Assembly (NCBI GenBank): GCA_964016885.1
Contig: OZ024750.1
Span: 46,562,001 to 46,626,000, forward strand
DNA length: 64,000 nucleotides
Reading direction: 5' to 3'
Source: Eledone cirrhosa
Taxonomy: Eukaryota
Under the pieces are notes generated by a model, which saw nothing but the letters and a program-made list of their open reading frames with translations, was not told where the DNA came from and searched no databases. Shown here piece by piece: positions 1 to 13,658 of this stretch. The first letter of the stretch is position 1. Every line of letters begins with the position of its first letter. The position numbers and the translations under genes were made by a program.

Positions 1-287
1 GGACTGTTTTGTTATATGAAAGCTAGAATGTTCTACGGAAATCATTAACATTTGTTCTTCACTGTTTGCTTTCTTGTCTCTTGTATAAACACTCAACACG
101 TCTCTAACATATATTGCAATAACATAAAAGGTATCGATGGTCGCCATAACATACCTTTCAACTATGATGACTACTTCTCTGATATTAGTTCATCTGCACT
201 TGCTTTTGCTAAAGTTTGCTATAGTTGTAGATTTTTCTTTCATATTCCTTCTCCATTATCATACACCTCTTCCCCATTCTTCTTATT

Positions 288-349
288 CTCCTCCTCCTCC
301 TCCTCCACCACCTCATCCTACTCATCCTCATCATCCTGCTCATTGTCAT

Positions 350-394
<45 letters not shown>

Positions 395-543
395 ATATCA
401 TCATCATCATCATCATCATCATATATCATCATCATCATCATCATCATCTTCTTCTTCTTCTTCTTCTTCTTCTTCTTCTTCTTCTTCTTCTTCTTCTTCT
501 TCTTCTTCTTCTTCTTCTTCTTCTTCTTCTTCTTCTTCTTTCT
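288..543. repeat. Compound trinucleotide microsatellite (TCC/CAT)n followed by (CTT)n
   Basis: Direct reading; explains the poly-S/H/I/L/F ORFs at 52-654 and 137-586. Confidence 0.97.
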
Positions 544-799
544 TACATTGGTAGCTATTGGCTACATTATGAAGTATCTATCTTAGAAAGAATTGCGTTA
601 CATTTTGCCAAAAGTTTCAACAAAGTCTCCAAGTGTGTTTATATTGTAAGTTAAGTGTTGTGTATGTATTTTCCTTTTGTTTATTTATTAACTCCATTGT
701 TAGGCTCCGTATCAGATTTTGTCTGACTGTTCTGTTGTGTATGTTTTCAGGAATGTTCATTTATTTTGTTATATCATGTTAGGTTTAGTGAATTTCTTG

Positions 800-1070
800 T
801 GGAGGTTGATGGCATAGTGGTTAGTTTGTGTGGCTTTTGATCGCAATACCTCGAGATTCATTCCTGGATTTTGTAGTTCATTCAGCAAGTAAAATTTAAG
901 TTGTACCTGTCATTTAAAGGGGCAGCCATGTAACAAATTGTATCACATGGAATCTCCCTGTAAACACGACAGGTGTTCACGTATCTATGGATGTTCATCC
1001 CCTTGCACGTAATTTCTCGAGCATGCTGTTCCGTTCTTTGAACAACTGGAGAACTCGCCGTCAGAACCCA
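800..1070 (+). mobile_element. Degenerate tRNA-derived SINE (family 2, octopus-type)
   Basis: A-box-like TGGCATAGTGG; body motif gcacgtaatttctcgagcatgctgttccgtt shared with 9580-9880. Confidence 0.6.
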
Positions 1071-1232
1071 TACAAATACATTACATTGTACATTGCAATG
1101 ATTTATTTACACAGCTATCTATTAAACCGCTCATGGTATCTATCTATATATTTTTCATGCCGTCTAATTTCACGGCATGCTTTCTATCACTCCCAAACCA
1201 CATTCCATTATATTTGGTGTGCCTCTTGATTT

Positions 1233-1700
1233 TTAGCTGAACTGGCAAAGTTATTAGTGTGTTAGATTAAAGAGCTTTGTGTAGTTTGTTCATGATCTTT
1301 CCTCGCTGAGTTCAGATCCCACCAGGATCAACTTTGCATTTCATGTTTATATCAGTCAAATACTTGAATCAATTTAATCGACTTACGTCTCAAGTTGTTG
1401 GTCATGTGTCTAAATTATATATCAATTATTACTTTTCAAATCCCAACGAGGTTAACTTTGCTTTTCAGCATACCGGGATCGATAACATAAAATACCTCTC
1501 ACGTAATCGATTTACCCATGCATGCAAATTGTTAACCTTGTGTGTGAATTAAAGTCGATTATTATTTTTCAAATACCACCGAGGTCTAGTTTGCTTTTCA
1601 GCTTTCTTGATTCAATAAAATAAACAACCATTGAATTTGATTCCATCTGTATCCTCACTTATAATTGCTAGCCTTGTGCATTAATTAGAAACTCAATATA
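1233..1700 (+). mobile_element. Old degenerate SINE (family 1-related) plus two tandem partial repeats of its 3' half
   Basis: ttcagatcccaccaggatcaactttgc, ttcaaatcccaacgaggttaactttgc and ttcaaataccaccgaggtctagtttgc repeat the B-box core of the young SINE. Confidence 0.6.
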
Positions 1701-3784
1701 TTTAGAATTGTTGAATTGTTTTCTCAAGTGATTTCTGGATGATGATATATTTCCTTTGAATCTTCCCTGTTCGCTTATATTACATGATTATATTTATAAT
1801 GGTATTGGATACAAACGTTAGGATTTAAAACAACTATATATTTGTTTTATGGTTGATTATATACGAATGATTCAGCCTTTCAGCTGATGTATTCCCAACT
1901 CTTATAGTTTAAAGCATGTAAGATTTTCCTCGTGACAAAATCTCTGATTCTGATACTTTTAATGTTATATTTTCCTGGCAAAAATGCAAATAATATACAT
2001 CTGTGAAATACAAACCCATTGAAAGTAGCCAAACACATTCGAATGACTTATATAATGTCATAGCAGAATCCCGTTGTATTTGATTTTCTCTTCTAAGTAT
2101 GTACGTCCGTGTCATTACCGAAAAAGAAAAGAACAGGAATAACCAAATTACTTGTTGCGTCAGTTTTGTATGGAAATCAGCGAAAGACCCTTTTCAGGAT
2201 CATCAAACCTGTTAGACATAGCAGTCAAATTTCATTTAACTCCTTCGTTATCATAGTTCAAATGGAAGACACTGCCAATAACTTTCAAATGATTTTGAAA
2301 ATAATCAAGAATGTTGAGTGATTTAGTGATATAGTAAACGTTTTCGTTATTAAACTGGCGTTAAATTACAGAATAAGATATGTAAATGGTAGGCGTAGAA
2401 TCCTTTTGGACAGATTTTAATTTCTAGTGGTTTAGTATAAAAAAATGTTAAATACATTTTATAAAACATGACAGAAGAAAGAAAACATATATAGAGAGTG
2501 ACAAAACTTGAGACGGCGTAGTTACGACTGGAACGACTTTCATCATAAGAAATAGTTATAGTTTAACTTATTTAAAATATTCATACAATCTGCATTTAAA
2601 GCAACTCCACAGATTAAACTTGTATCTGTTAGTTCAACTGAGGTCTAGTGGGATTTTACTCTGGTTTATTCAAAGGATGGACTACTGCACAGGAGAGAAT
2701 AGCTATCTTTGGAATCACATGGAATGATGGAAGCTATTGATGAATTAACCAATACACATGTTATTAACAGACACGAAGCTTGGTCTGAATGTTTGCGACA
2801 CAAGTACAACAGATTAAGTCGAATATGATTCCGAAAAATTCTCTCAACCTATCATCTTAGTTTACTCCAAATCTATGTCAGACGGCACGTTCCCTTAGCG
2901 CCTTACTGGGGAGTCTTACTGGGGATAGAAACTGAAACTTCATGATTGAAAAGCGAACTTCTTAAATCCGCAACTATGCCTGGATTTACTAAATCTACAT
3001 TCGTTAGTTGTAGACCATTAAGTAATGAATTAAAGTTTAATTTAATTCCAATCTGATATTGAAACTTTGTATTTGAATCCATCACTCAAAGTACAGTACA
3101 AAATAATACTATGCTATATTTGTAAGATAATGAGGGAATCTCTACATGGTTGAAAAGCTCCCAGAAACAGTAGCCAATTCTCTCTCAATACATCTTACTA
3201 TTTTTTTACTCTTCGAATACAATGAGACTTTTCAAAATAAGAACCTGAATCCATTATGCATAGAGTAAACATGGTGTGGGGTTACGTTTAGAATGCTTTT
3301 AACCATATATATGCCAAATCAGGCTTGACCTGGGGTTAAATAACTAACAACTTATCTAGTGCTAATATTATTATCCATTGTCACGATTTATGCTGCAGTC
3401 GGGCAATACTCCAACATATACATAATGCCAGACGAATAATTAAAACTTGTGTGAACGAAGCAAACTATAAAAGGAAGGAGTTAATATGACATTAATTATG
3501 GGAATATTACAATTATATGTAACGTTGAGACATGAACTAGCATCTATTGCTAAGATGAATGTATTGGAAGCAGGCCAGCTTTTATTCATAACACTACTAA
3601 ATTACGTAAATATATTATACTGCACTGTGTAGTATTACATAACACTACAATATATAAATATACTATAACGTACTGCATAATATTAGGCTAAGCAAATATA
3701 CAATGCCGCATGATACTACATTACGTAAGAGTACTATTCTACACTGCAAAACACTACATCAGGCAAATATGCTATACGATATGG

Positions 3785-3958
3785 CAGCGTTCACCAACCG
3801 GTGGTCCGCGGACCAGTGGTGGTCCAGGAGAAAATTTTGGTGGTCCGCAGAAACATTTAAATGTATTTATCTTTTTAAACAAAATCATATTCGGGCTCCG
3901 CCAGATTTAAAATTATGAAATTAGTGGTCCGTGGGGTCTGAAATGTCGGCGACCGCTG
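3785..3958. mobile_element. hAT-type MITE (174 bp)
   Basis: Imperfect TIRs CAGCGTTCACCAAC / GTCGGCGACCGCTG, subterminal GTGGTCC repeats, 8-bp TSD cgatatgg / ctatatgg (7/8 match). Confidence 0.8.
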
Positions 3959-4167
3959 CTATATGGCACCTAACACGGTTGAACTTAACAGGAGTTTGGC
4001 TAACGCTAGTACAGCCCTACGGGTCAACAGAACGCAACAGCTATTCAATCACAACCTGGTAGATTCCAGTCAAAATGTAATCACTTTAAGAGTAAATCTA
4101 AATCTCCACCTTTGGAGAGGCAGTACTGTTCCAGTACATATGAAGATAAATGAAATCAAAGTATCAT

Positions 4168-4354
4168 AATTGTTTCTACTTTAGGCACAAGGCCAGCAAT
4201 TAACCAGTGCATTACTGGTACTTTATTTTATCGACCCCGTAAAGATGAAAGGCAAAGTCAACCTCAGCGGGATTTGAACTCAGATCGTAAAGAGACGTAA
4301 CTATAATGGAAAGCATGGCGTCCGACCCTCTACCGATACTGCCAATCCACCGCC
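4168..4354 (-). mobile_element. tRNA-derived SINE, family 1 (about 187 bp)
   Basis: Minus strand has A-box TGGCAGTATCGG and B-box GAGTTCAAATCCC; more than 10 near-identical copies in the window. Confidence 0.9.
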
Positions 4355-4823
4355 AATATAGTGTACAGTGATGTAGCATCATAATGGCTATATCTAAGCC
4401 AATCAGTGACGGAGGTTCATACAACAATGTATAACGGCATAGATCAATCATTGTCTGCAACTGAAAAATTATATTAGAACGGGTGGCACGCACACCACTA
4501 CAGCTGATCCTCATTATCATGATGGAGCAATCGAATGACATATTGTAGTATATTGCATAACACTAGGATACATAGATACATTATACTGCATCAAATCGTT
4601 ACATAAATATATCATACTATGTTACACACCACTTGCTCAAGGATATATAACTATGTATTCATTTAATATTTTACCGGTTTCAGTCATTAGACTTTCTCCA
4701 GACTGGGACACCGCATTAAATTATTTTACACACACACATATGCACACACACACAAGCAGACACACGCACACACAAGCAGACACAGACAAAAACATACACA
4801 CACACGCATATATATATATATAT

Positions 4824-5480
4824 ACTAGCTGTCCCATCCGGCTGGCTCCCGGCTAGGTATACCGGCATTTTATTTTTTCAGGATTCCCCCCTCCACTCCA
4901 GTGCAAAAATACCGCACGCCCTCTCAAGTCAGCGAGGGTGGGGGCTTAACGTGCTCTGAAGTTGGGTTTGAATAGATTTTACGATTCCCCAGTTCAGCAG
5001 CCAGTACGTTAAAGAAAATTGATAGTTACAACAATAAAAGCTGAACAGAGAACACATTTTTTAACAAATTTTACAATACTTTGTACAACCATAATGGAAA
5101 TTCCAAGTAACAGAAAATACATAAATTACATTGTTAGAGCCTCAGAGTATACAACATCTTTTGTTTGGCCCTCGAAAACAAAGATGAAGGGATTGTTTGG
5201 CGAGCTCACCCTAGAGCATCCTACATACAATTGACCATGGTTTTCCCAGATGAAGGTCAGCCACATTTAGAGTTTGAACCTGAACTTTGTGGATGGTAAT
5301 CGCAAAGTTTAGTCTCTCTGTTGCTCTAGCAACAATTTTTTTTCTGGAAAATTTGATCTTGCGGCCAGGCTAGGACATTTTGGGTGGCATATCAGCAGTA
5401 ACAATGATGATAAGCCGGCTGTGCTTTCGTGAAATAAATACGTTTGTTCATATTTTGTTTTTGTGTATGCAAAAATATCT
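4824..5480 (-). mobile_element. Possible non-autonomous Helitron (3' end clear, 5' end uncertain)
   Basis: Minus strand ends in hairpin ccgggagccagccgg followed by CTAG|T, like the other Helitrons here. Confidence 0.4.
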
Positions 5481-5487
5481 GTACACC

Positions 5488-5609
5488 ATACTTAGGGTAG
5501 TAGAGTGGGTAATAGGAAAAGAGTCAGTACCCCGACGGCTGAGCACCGCCAGTTTCGACAGCTAGATCCGAAGAGGCCAGAGCTCAGCCGTCGGGATCAT
5601 GACTCTTTT

Positions 5610-5613
<4 letters not shown>
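5488..5613. mobile_element. Fold-back hairpin element, family F (diverged copy)
   Basis: Arms taggaaaagagtca..cccgacggctgagc / gctcagccgtcggg..tgactcttttccta plus tail atacttagggtagtagagtggg; homologous to 30182, 31152, 60313, 63056. Confidence 0.8.
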
Positions 5614-5657
<44 letters not shown>

Positions 5658-5988
5658 GGAGGTGAGTTTTATTGTAGCACAATAAAGCAATGATTATTTT
5701 TCTATGTTGATTTAAAACTTCACTATTCACAAGTGTTTTTTAAGCTTCATATCATGTATCCCTATTATATCTGATGATATAATAGGGATATATATATATA
5801 TAATATATCAGATATCATTCCATGATGATATTTGTTTTTGAAATGCGCATAATGAAATATTTGGAACTCTTTTAAGCATCTTTTGATCTAATATTTTATA
5901 CATATATATATTTTATACATATGTTAAAGCCAATAAATATTTACTCTCTTTTCTTACCGAAGTCTATATTTTTCTTTGTGCAATATTT

Positions 5989-6038
<50 letters not shown>

Positions 6039-6096
6039 AAGTATTGCACAAAGAAAAATATAGACTTCTGTAAGAAAAGAGAGTAAGAATTTATTG

Positions 6097-6208
6097 GCTT
6101 TAACATATGTTTCAGTGTCTATTTTATATAGTCTACATATGCTGACTACAATATATATTGTTCAATCATATGCGATACTTAATTATTTTTCGCACTTCTT
6201 CAGAAAGC
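6097..6208 (-). ncRNA. Type I hammerhead ribozyme motif with about 83-nt stem II domain
   Basis: GCUUU CUGAAGA AGUG...CACU GAAA CAUAUG UU AAAGC; 5-bp stem I and palindromic stem III; the region 6033-6110 is mirrored at 5915-5992 across (TA)n. Confidence 0.7.
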
Positions 6209-6287
6209 TTAAAGTTGTTTGTGGTAATGTCTTTCTAGCATGTCGTACAATTCAGGAATGAGATGTTCAATTTAAAAATATAATTTC

Positions 6288-6471
6288 ATTGTTTCTACTT
6301 TTGGCACAAAGCCAGCAATTATTCCAGTGTATTACTGCTACCTTATTTTATCGACCCCGTAAGGCTGTAAAGCAAAGTTAATCTCGGCGGGATTTGAACT
6401 CAGACTATAAATGGCCGTAACTCTTTGCTGCAAAGCATGGCGTCAGACCCTCTACCGATACTGCCAATCCA
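6288..6471 (-). mobile_element. SINE family 1
   Basis: Near-identical to 4168-4354. Confidence 0.9.
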
Positions 6472-6799
6472 TTTGTACGTAACCTTTCTCCGTAGAACAT
6501 TAAGAATAAGGACATTTATATTTAGGTAACTTACACATCATCCCCACACATCTAGGTATTTATGAGAGAAAACATATTTTCCACTGTGGTATATACATTT
6601 ATACCCAAGTTTATGTTAACTAACTTTGTTATCGATTTTAAACCCTTTATACTAAAGTGAAAATGTTTACCTAATTAAACATACATATTCACAAATCTTC
6701 TCTATTACGCGTATACCACCCTCGCACATGCTTCACACAGAGACACATACATAATGTAACACACGCACACACGTACAAATGCCCCCCCCCATGTATATA

Positions 6800-6877
<78 letters not shown>

Positions 6878-6882
<5 letters not shown>

Positions 6883-7022
6883 ATAATAATAAATTTGAAG
6901 ACTAAAATCCAAAGAGGGCTCGATAAGGATAAATATATATCAAATATATAAAAACCATAGAGGAAATATTTATTTAAATAACAGATTAAAGTTTAAGCAA
7001 AGAATCGCTGCTTTCACCCTTT
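6878..7022. repeat. Dispersed (TA)n-associated repeat family
   Basis: tagtaataataataaatttgaagactaaaatccaaagag... recurs, fully or partly, near 12465, 43072, 45930-46190, 49370 and 58720-58790. Confidence 0.75.
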
Positions 7023-7890
7023 GGAATTTCGTATTTCAGAAGAAATTACAATATATATCTTTATACAACTATGTCTAGGGCTAAATTGTAATTCTATTCT
7101 CTCTCTTTCCCAAGCCCCCCCTCTCTCTCTCTCTCTCTCTGTATATATACGTACAAATAACCATGCACATACTTGCATAAATACATCAATTGGAAACAGT
7201 AAAGAAAGAAGTAGAATCGCCAATACAACTCAAGTCAAATTGAATTGTCGGCTTACACCGAATGGCTTCTCGTCATTATATTTAAGGAGATACCATATTG
7301 TTAGATAGAAGTCGAAATTTATTACTATAACATTAGAATACATGTAAAAGCTCTCCTCAGATGTTCTCTTCACCAAGAAATAAATAGAATGTTACCATTA
7401 AATCAATGTTATTTTGTGTCAAATATCACGTGCATTAAACTTTATATTCGGGTTCACATCTTGGTTGGTTTCTCGCCGAAGAACATAGTCACATATATGA
7501 CTGAGCTGTAGTTTCATATAAAATAAAATAATATGTAATAACTAATGTTGTTATAAACATCAAGTGGAACCAAAGAAGACAATTTAAATGCTTATAATGC
7601 CATTAATAATCACTCTAAGAATATGGCTACAAGATAGCTTTGCGTAATGCTTACAAACCTTCAAAGACCATCCATGCCTTTTCATATCTATTTCTAAGTA
7701 CAAACTAATAAAACATGCTAAGAACGAATGTGGTGTACACATTCCATATGATATGTCGAACTTAGGGAAGTCACAAGCCCTTGACAGTGGAATTATTAAT
7801 AGCAGTGTTGTATTAACTTTATTTAATACCACGAGCAGTATCATTTCGTGTTCATTCATTCATTCGATATTAACTATTTCATTGTATAAT

Positions 7891-8077
7891 TGTTTCTATT
7901 TTAGGCACAAGGCCAGCAATTACCCAGTACATTACTGGTACTTTATTTTATCGACCACGTAAGGATGAAAGGCAAAGTTAACCTCGGCGGGATTTGAACT
8001 CAGATCATAAAGGGACGTAACTCTATGCTTCAAAGCATGGTGTCCGACTCTCTACCGATACTGCCAATCCACCGCCC
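7891..8077 (-). mobile_element. SINE family 1 with 14-bp TSD
   Basis: TSD tttcattgtataat at 7877-7890 and 8079-8092. Confidence 0.92.
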
Positions 8078-8253
8078 TTTTCATTGTATAATGTCCACAC
8101 ACTACGGTATTGATATTTCTTAGGAAATATTGTAGTACTGATAACGATGTATGAAACTTAATTATGCATTCTAAACTTCTATACAGATATTCTACTTGAA
8201 AAACGTATACTACCGACTCATTGGACGATAATATAGGTTTTTCTTAATACTGA

Positions 8254-8632
8254 CTAGCAGATTTACCCGGCGTTGCCCGGTGTTTGAAATGCAACAAAGA
8301 ATAAACAAGAAACAAACGATAATATTAGTGATTTATCGTCAAATGAATCTGATGTTTATATTTCTGTCAATAAAGTTGGTTATCTCCCTTTTTTATAAGG
8401 ATTGTCAACAAAGTTGGTTATCTCCCTTACATCAATTTTGATACCGATAATTTTGATATCGATTTTTTATTCCTCAACGTGGGTCTATTTGAAAAATGTT
8501 GTGATGTGACCATCTTAGCGACCTGTGCTATGTCCACAGAAAATTTGGTCAAATTCGGTTGGTAATTGTAAAAGCCTTAGGTATCCAAAGTTTTACACAC
8601 ACACACCTCCTCATTTTATATATATATATAGA
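8254..8632 (-). mobile_element. Non-autonomous Helitron
   Basis: Minus strand: 5' TCTATATAT...AAAATG, (GT)n near the 5' end, 3' hairpin ccgggcaacgccggg then CTAG|T. Confidence 0.75.
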
Positions 8633-8883
8633 AGATGTGTATGAAATTAGTATCGACATAGAATATATACTTAATTTGAAATGTATATCACTAGATATAG
8701 GTTTGAATCGGATGATTAGTTAGTATTTTTGCATCAAAATAATATAGATGTACCACCTAAACCTGTAAGTTTTTAACATTTCAGTGATCTTGGGCACCGA
8801 GCGTCGTTGATAAAGCTGGATTATTTCATTTAGTGGTTTACGAAGACAACATAAGTGAATTGCTTTTAGTTATTACTTCGCAT

Positions 8884-9469
8884 GGAACTTAAAGTAATAA
8901 TTGTTTCTACTTTTGGCACAAGGCCAGCAATTACCCAGTGTATTACTTTATCGACCCCATAAGGATGAAAGGTAAAATTAACCTCGGCGAGATTTGAACT
9001 CAGAATGGCAAGGGCCATAACTCTATGCGTCAAAGCAAGGCGTCCGACCCTCTACCGATACTGCCAATCCACCGGAACTTAAAGTAATAAATGTTTCTAC
9101 TTATGGCACAAGGCCAGCAATTACCCAGTGTATTACTTTATCGACCCCATAAGGATGAAAGGTAAACATAACCTCGGCGAGATTTGAACTCAGAATGGCA
9201 AGGGCCATAACTCTATGCGTCAAAGCATGGCGTCCAACCCTCTACCGATACTGCCAATCCACCGGAACTTAAAGTAATAATGTTTCTGCTTATGGCACAA
9301 GGCCATAAATTATCCCAGTGTATTACTGGTACTTTATTTTATCGACCACGTGAGGATGAAAGGCAAAGTTAACCTCGGCAGGATTTGAACTCAGAGCGTA
9401 AAGGGCCATAACTCCTATGCTACAAAGCATGGCGTCTGACGCTCTACCGATACTGCCAAACCACCGCCC
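8884..9469 (-). mobile_element. Head-to-tail trimer of SINE family 1 (190-bp period)
   Basis: Units start with ggaacttaaagtaataa at 8884, 9074 and 9264. Confidence 0.9.
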
Positions 9470-9579
9470 TCAAAAATACTATTAATGAGCATTAATTGTA
9501 TGTTAAATATTCACTATGAAATACCTATTTAGTACTTTCTACGATATTCGTAGTTACATTGTCCGTAATATCACTCTTG

Positions 9580-9880
9580 TGAAGGCACGTGGCTTAGAAT
9601 CTAGGTTATTTGCCTTAAGATCGAATAGTCATGGTTCCGGACAGCACAGTTTTTGCTTGAGACATTATATTTCATGTTACTTAAGTCCTCTCAAGGGGAA
9701 AAGCAAACTAAATTGTATATTGAAATCAAACGGCCAACCTACACAGTGAATTTCACTGAGAACTGCTTTAAGGGGAAACGTGACTGTGGAAATACTCATA
9801 ACACATGCACGCTAATTTCACGAGCAGGCTCTTCCGTTTATAAAACACCTAGAACACTCATCGTCGAAACTGACGGCGGT
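9580..9880 (+). mobile_element. Degenerate SINE family 2
   Basis: ggcacgtggcttag head and gcacgctaatttcacgagcaggctcttccgtt body; homologous to 800-1070. Confidence 0.6.
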
Positions 9881-10287
9881 CGAATAACAATATAAACACT
9901 AATCGATACAAATTACAAATATAATACTAATAAATACTAATAAATACAAATATCTTAATTGTGATTGTAAAATCTTGTTCCCTCTAATGGCATCATCAGA
10001 TTAAAAACTGCCGATACTCAAGTTTCGATTTGTTTTTTCCCTCCTTTTCTATATGTAAATATCTATTATGAACAATTTCAGTCATTGACTAAAATTATAA
10101 AGATGAATGGATGCTTAGTTGATTGGGAACTAGCTAGAGGGATGTATTGGTATATAAATATATAGGTAGCCATATACATAGATATATGGGTGGATAGATA
10201 GATAGGGGAGAGAGAGAGACTGCTAAATAGATAGGGGAAGTAAAAAAAAAAACGAGAGAGAGAGAGAATGATAGATAGATAGAAGGA

Positions 10288-10403
<116 letters not shown>

Positions 10404-10569
10404 TAGATATGGATATGACTAGATCGATATGGAGATAGATATATACATAGAGGGATAAATAGATAGTTAGATAGTGATAGAGAAAGAGAGAATGAGTGAG
10501 AGAGAGGGAGAGAGGGTGGTTGCTAAATATATAGTGATATGGTTAGATAGAGATGTGAATAGATAGATA

Positions 10570-11297
10570 TGTTTCTTTATTAGCCACAAGGGTCAAAAGA
10601 AGGGGACAAATACAAAGTGGGAAGATACATAGATAGATAGATATATTTCTTTTATTTGCCACTAGGGCATCAAAAGTGGGACAAGTACAAAGGGGGGAGT
10701 TTACACAAAAAGGCGTCCTCAATAAGGAGGAGGCAATAACAAAATATAAAAATAAAATAAGATATAACAAAAAATAAAATTTTTAACAAAATCCTCAATA
10801 GAGAGGAGGCGCCTTGGGGGGTCGCACACACCCCCGAAAAAAGTGTGCAACCCTTCTCCTCAGGAGCACAGAGAAGGGGTGCTCCCTTGGTCTTTCATCT
10901 TCCTCACCTATAGTCTGATGTAGAGTGAAGGCCCATTCACACGGGCCATTCTCGCCACTTTCACCCATCTTTCATAGAAACGGCTGGGGTGCAGCACCTC
11001 TCTCTCCATCCTGATCCTTCTTCCGAAATGATATCGGAAGAAACGGACCAGTTGTTGGCCAGAGAGAAAGGTGCCCGACCTCAGTCCTTTCAGACGCGTC
11101 CACCATACAACCTCTTTCGCCATGGCTATTACGCACAGAAACACCGCCTCTGCTTCATCTTTGAAGGGGGGAGGCGGCTTGATCATTACAATAGACTCGG
11201 TGGTCAACCGGATCGGTCCCACCCTTGACAGCAGTTGTTCGACATAGCCCCACAGATCGGCTACGCCCGAGCAGTGTACTAATGCGTGTGCAACAAA
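10570..11297 (-). mobile_element. 5'-truncated Tx1/L1-like LINE (ORF2 C-terminus plus 3' UTR) in a (GATA)n tract
   Basis: Minus peptide HALVHCSGVADLWGYVEQLL...AMAKEVVWWTR...FYERW resembles the post-RT Cys/His region of L1/Tx1 ORF2; stop at 10908; duplicated 3' end ...gtggcaaataaagaaa followed by (ATCT)n. Confidence 0.7.
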
Positions 11298-11330
11298 GAT
11301 AGATAGAGAGACAAACATGCAGGCAGGCAG

Positions 11331-11367
<37 letters not shown>

Positions 11368-12169
11368 CAAACATGCAGGCAGGCAGATATATATATATAT
11401 ATATAGAGAGAGATAGATAGATAGATAGATAGATAGGTAGATAGATAGATAGATAGATAGATATGAATACATACATAGAGAGACGTAGGAAATAATTGAG
11501 AATAGTTATTGGCATACAGAGGGAGGGAATAAGAATGAAAAGGGAATGATATTAGCATAAAATTTGAATAATTTGTTTTTATTCATTCTTATTAAGTTAT
11601 GTAAATGTGGAAATCGACTGAATTTTCCGTCTAATTTCCTTTTTAACAAATGTTTTGTGTGTTTTCTGCAGATAGTTACAATACAGATGTAATGTAAAAT
11701 AAAAGAAGAAGAAGATACAATCATTCTACAGAGAAATACTTCGGCTTTTCTTTAAAATTTCTGTGTAGACGTGTCACACTGTTTGTTATCAGCAATAGTT
11801 TTATGCATGAAATCTGTAATCATCTGGAATAGGACTCCGTCGGTTTCGACGATCAATATCCAGGTTGTTCGATAATGAGAACAGCATGTGTAAGTGTAAG
11901 TGACCGTTTATTCAGCATACCAATTGTACCCTTAACATAATTGTAGGGAACTCTCAGCCTGACATATGTTGTGACATGTCTGGCCTTTTGAATAACAGAT
12001 AGAGTCAGTTCGAGTGGGTTCTAAACAGTTTCCTTCAAGCCATTTTCAGGTAACAGGCTTGGGTAAGATACAGTCTCTTTTAAATTAGACTGTGAAGAGT
12101 AGTAAGTAAATAGGTGTTAATTAGAGACTGATTCCCTTACAGTATGAAAAGGTATATATCAGTTAACGT

Positions 12170-12466
<297 letters not shown>

Positions 12467-12517
12467 GTAATAATGATAAATCCCGTTAAGGGTGAAAGCA
12501 GCTTAAACTTTAATCTG

Positions 12518-12539
<22 letters not shown>

Positions 12540-12561
<22 letters not shown>

Positions 12562-13204
12562 CTGTGGTTGTCTGTCTGTCTATCGATTTTTGGCACACAT
12601 CTCCTCTTAGAATCTCTGACGGAATTGCACCGAAATTGCTATACTTGTACATTGAGCCCTAGCGAAGACATCGGAAAAAAAATATTTCAAATTGACCCAC
12701 CCTATGTGACGAAATCGAATCTAATGTATCGATTTTTGAGCGTAAGTGACGAGTTATTTCCCTTTGTTCTGTTTACATTGAGCGTCTTACGTTGTTTACA
12801 TTTTCTGCGTGCAAAAATTAAAAAAATTACGCTGGCTTTCTCAGCGTTTAAAATGACATTAACACAATACACGAACAGCTGTCGAGCCAGCAAAATTTTG
12901 ACCTGCAAAATTCATCAGTTCGAACACTCAGCTTCCGTTTTGCTTCATTTCCATTTAAAAGCCTTTTAAAACAATATTTTTACTTGAAAACAAGTCTATT
13001 TAAAGACTACGTAAAACAAGCAAATATTTCGTAAAAAAAAGCAAAAATTATATGAGTTTATTTAAAATATATGTATCTGTAAATTTCGTTAGGCGTGCAG
13101 ACAGACAGTCGTGCAGACAGACTTTAAGCCAAAAAAGAAACTTAACATTGTAACTTTAACACAGCTACTGAGCGACCCCGAGCAACGCCGGGCTTTACTG
13201 CTAG
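12540..13204 (+). mobile_element. Non-autonomous Helitron
   Basis: 5' tatataaagctg..(TGTC)n; 3' hairpin cccgagcaacgccggg and CTAG|T at 13201-13204; homologous copy at 32931-33882. Confidence 0.85.
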
Positions 13205-13206
13205 TA

Positions 13207-13481
13207 TAAAATAAAGTTAAATAAAAAGTCAAATGATTAAAATTTAGCTTCGTTTATTACTGCTATATATATTTCAGTGACAGCCATCTTTGGCTCTGAC
13301 CTCTTCAGGCAGTTTGAATTAATGTGGTATAGACAAGTACATATGTTGTTGAGGTGTATAATATTGTCAATACTCTGATATGCCCAGTTCCTGGCTGGGT
13401 TGTTATTTCACTGAAATATATATAGCACTAATAAACGAAGCTAAATTTTAATCATTTGACTTTTTATTTAACTTTATTTTA
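13207..13481. mobile_element. Fold-back element with about 73-bp inverted arms, carrying an HHR
   Basis: 13207-13279 is the reverse complement of 13408-13481. Confidence 0.8.
13259..13313 (-). ncRNA. Minimal type I hammerhead ribozyme motif
   Basis: ACUGC CUGAAGA GGUCAGAGCC aaagau GGCUGUCACU GAAA UAUAUA UA GCAGU. Confidence 0.7.
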
Positions 13482-13572
13482 CATTACTCCGGAGTAACCA
13501 AACCAACCTGCGCACTTCGTCGAGTGCTCCAGGCTGCATACTGAGGTGTTGGTATACAACCAACATAAACTC

Positions 13573-13656
<84 letters not shown>

Positions 13657-13658
<2 letters not shown>

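Noticed and set aside
52-654. 200-aa and 149-aa ORFs
   Set aside because: Open only because of trinucleotide repeats; homopolymeric peptide with no domain
1900-3090. Possible host exons (non-repetitive, more balanced composition)
   Set aside because: The frames I translated are interrupted by stops and show no recognisable motif; a BLASTX search is needed
4168-4354. tRNA gene
   Set aside because: A and B boxes belong to a SINE head; no full cloverleaf, and many dispersed copies have TSDs
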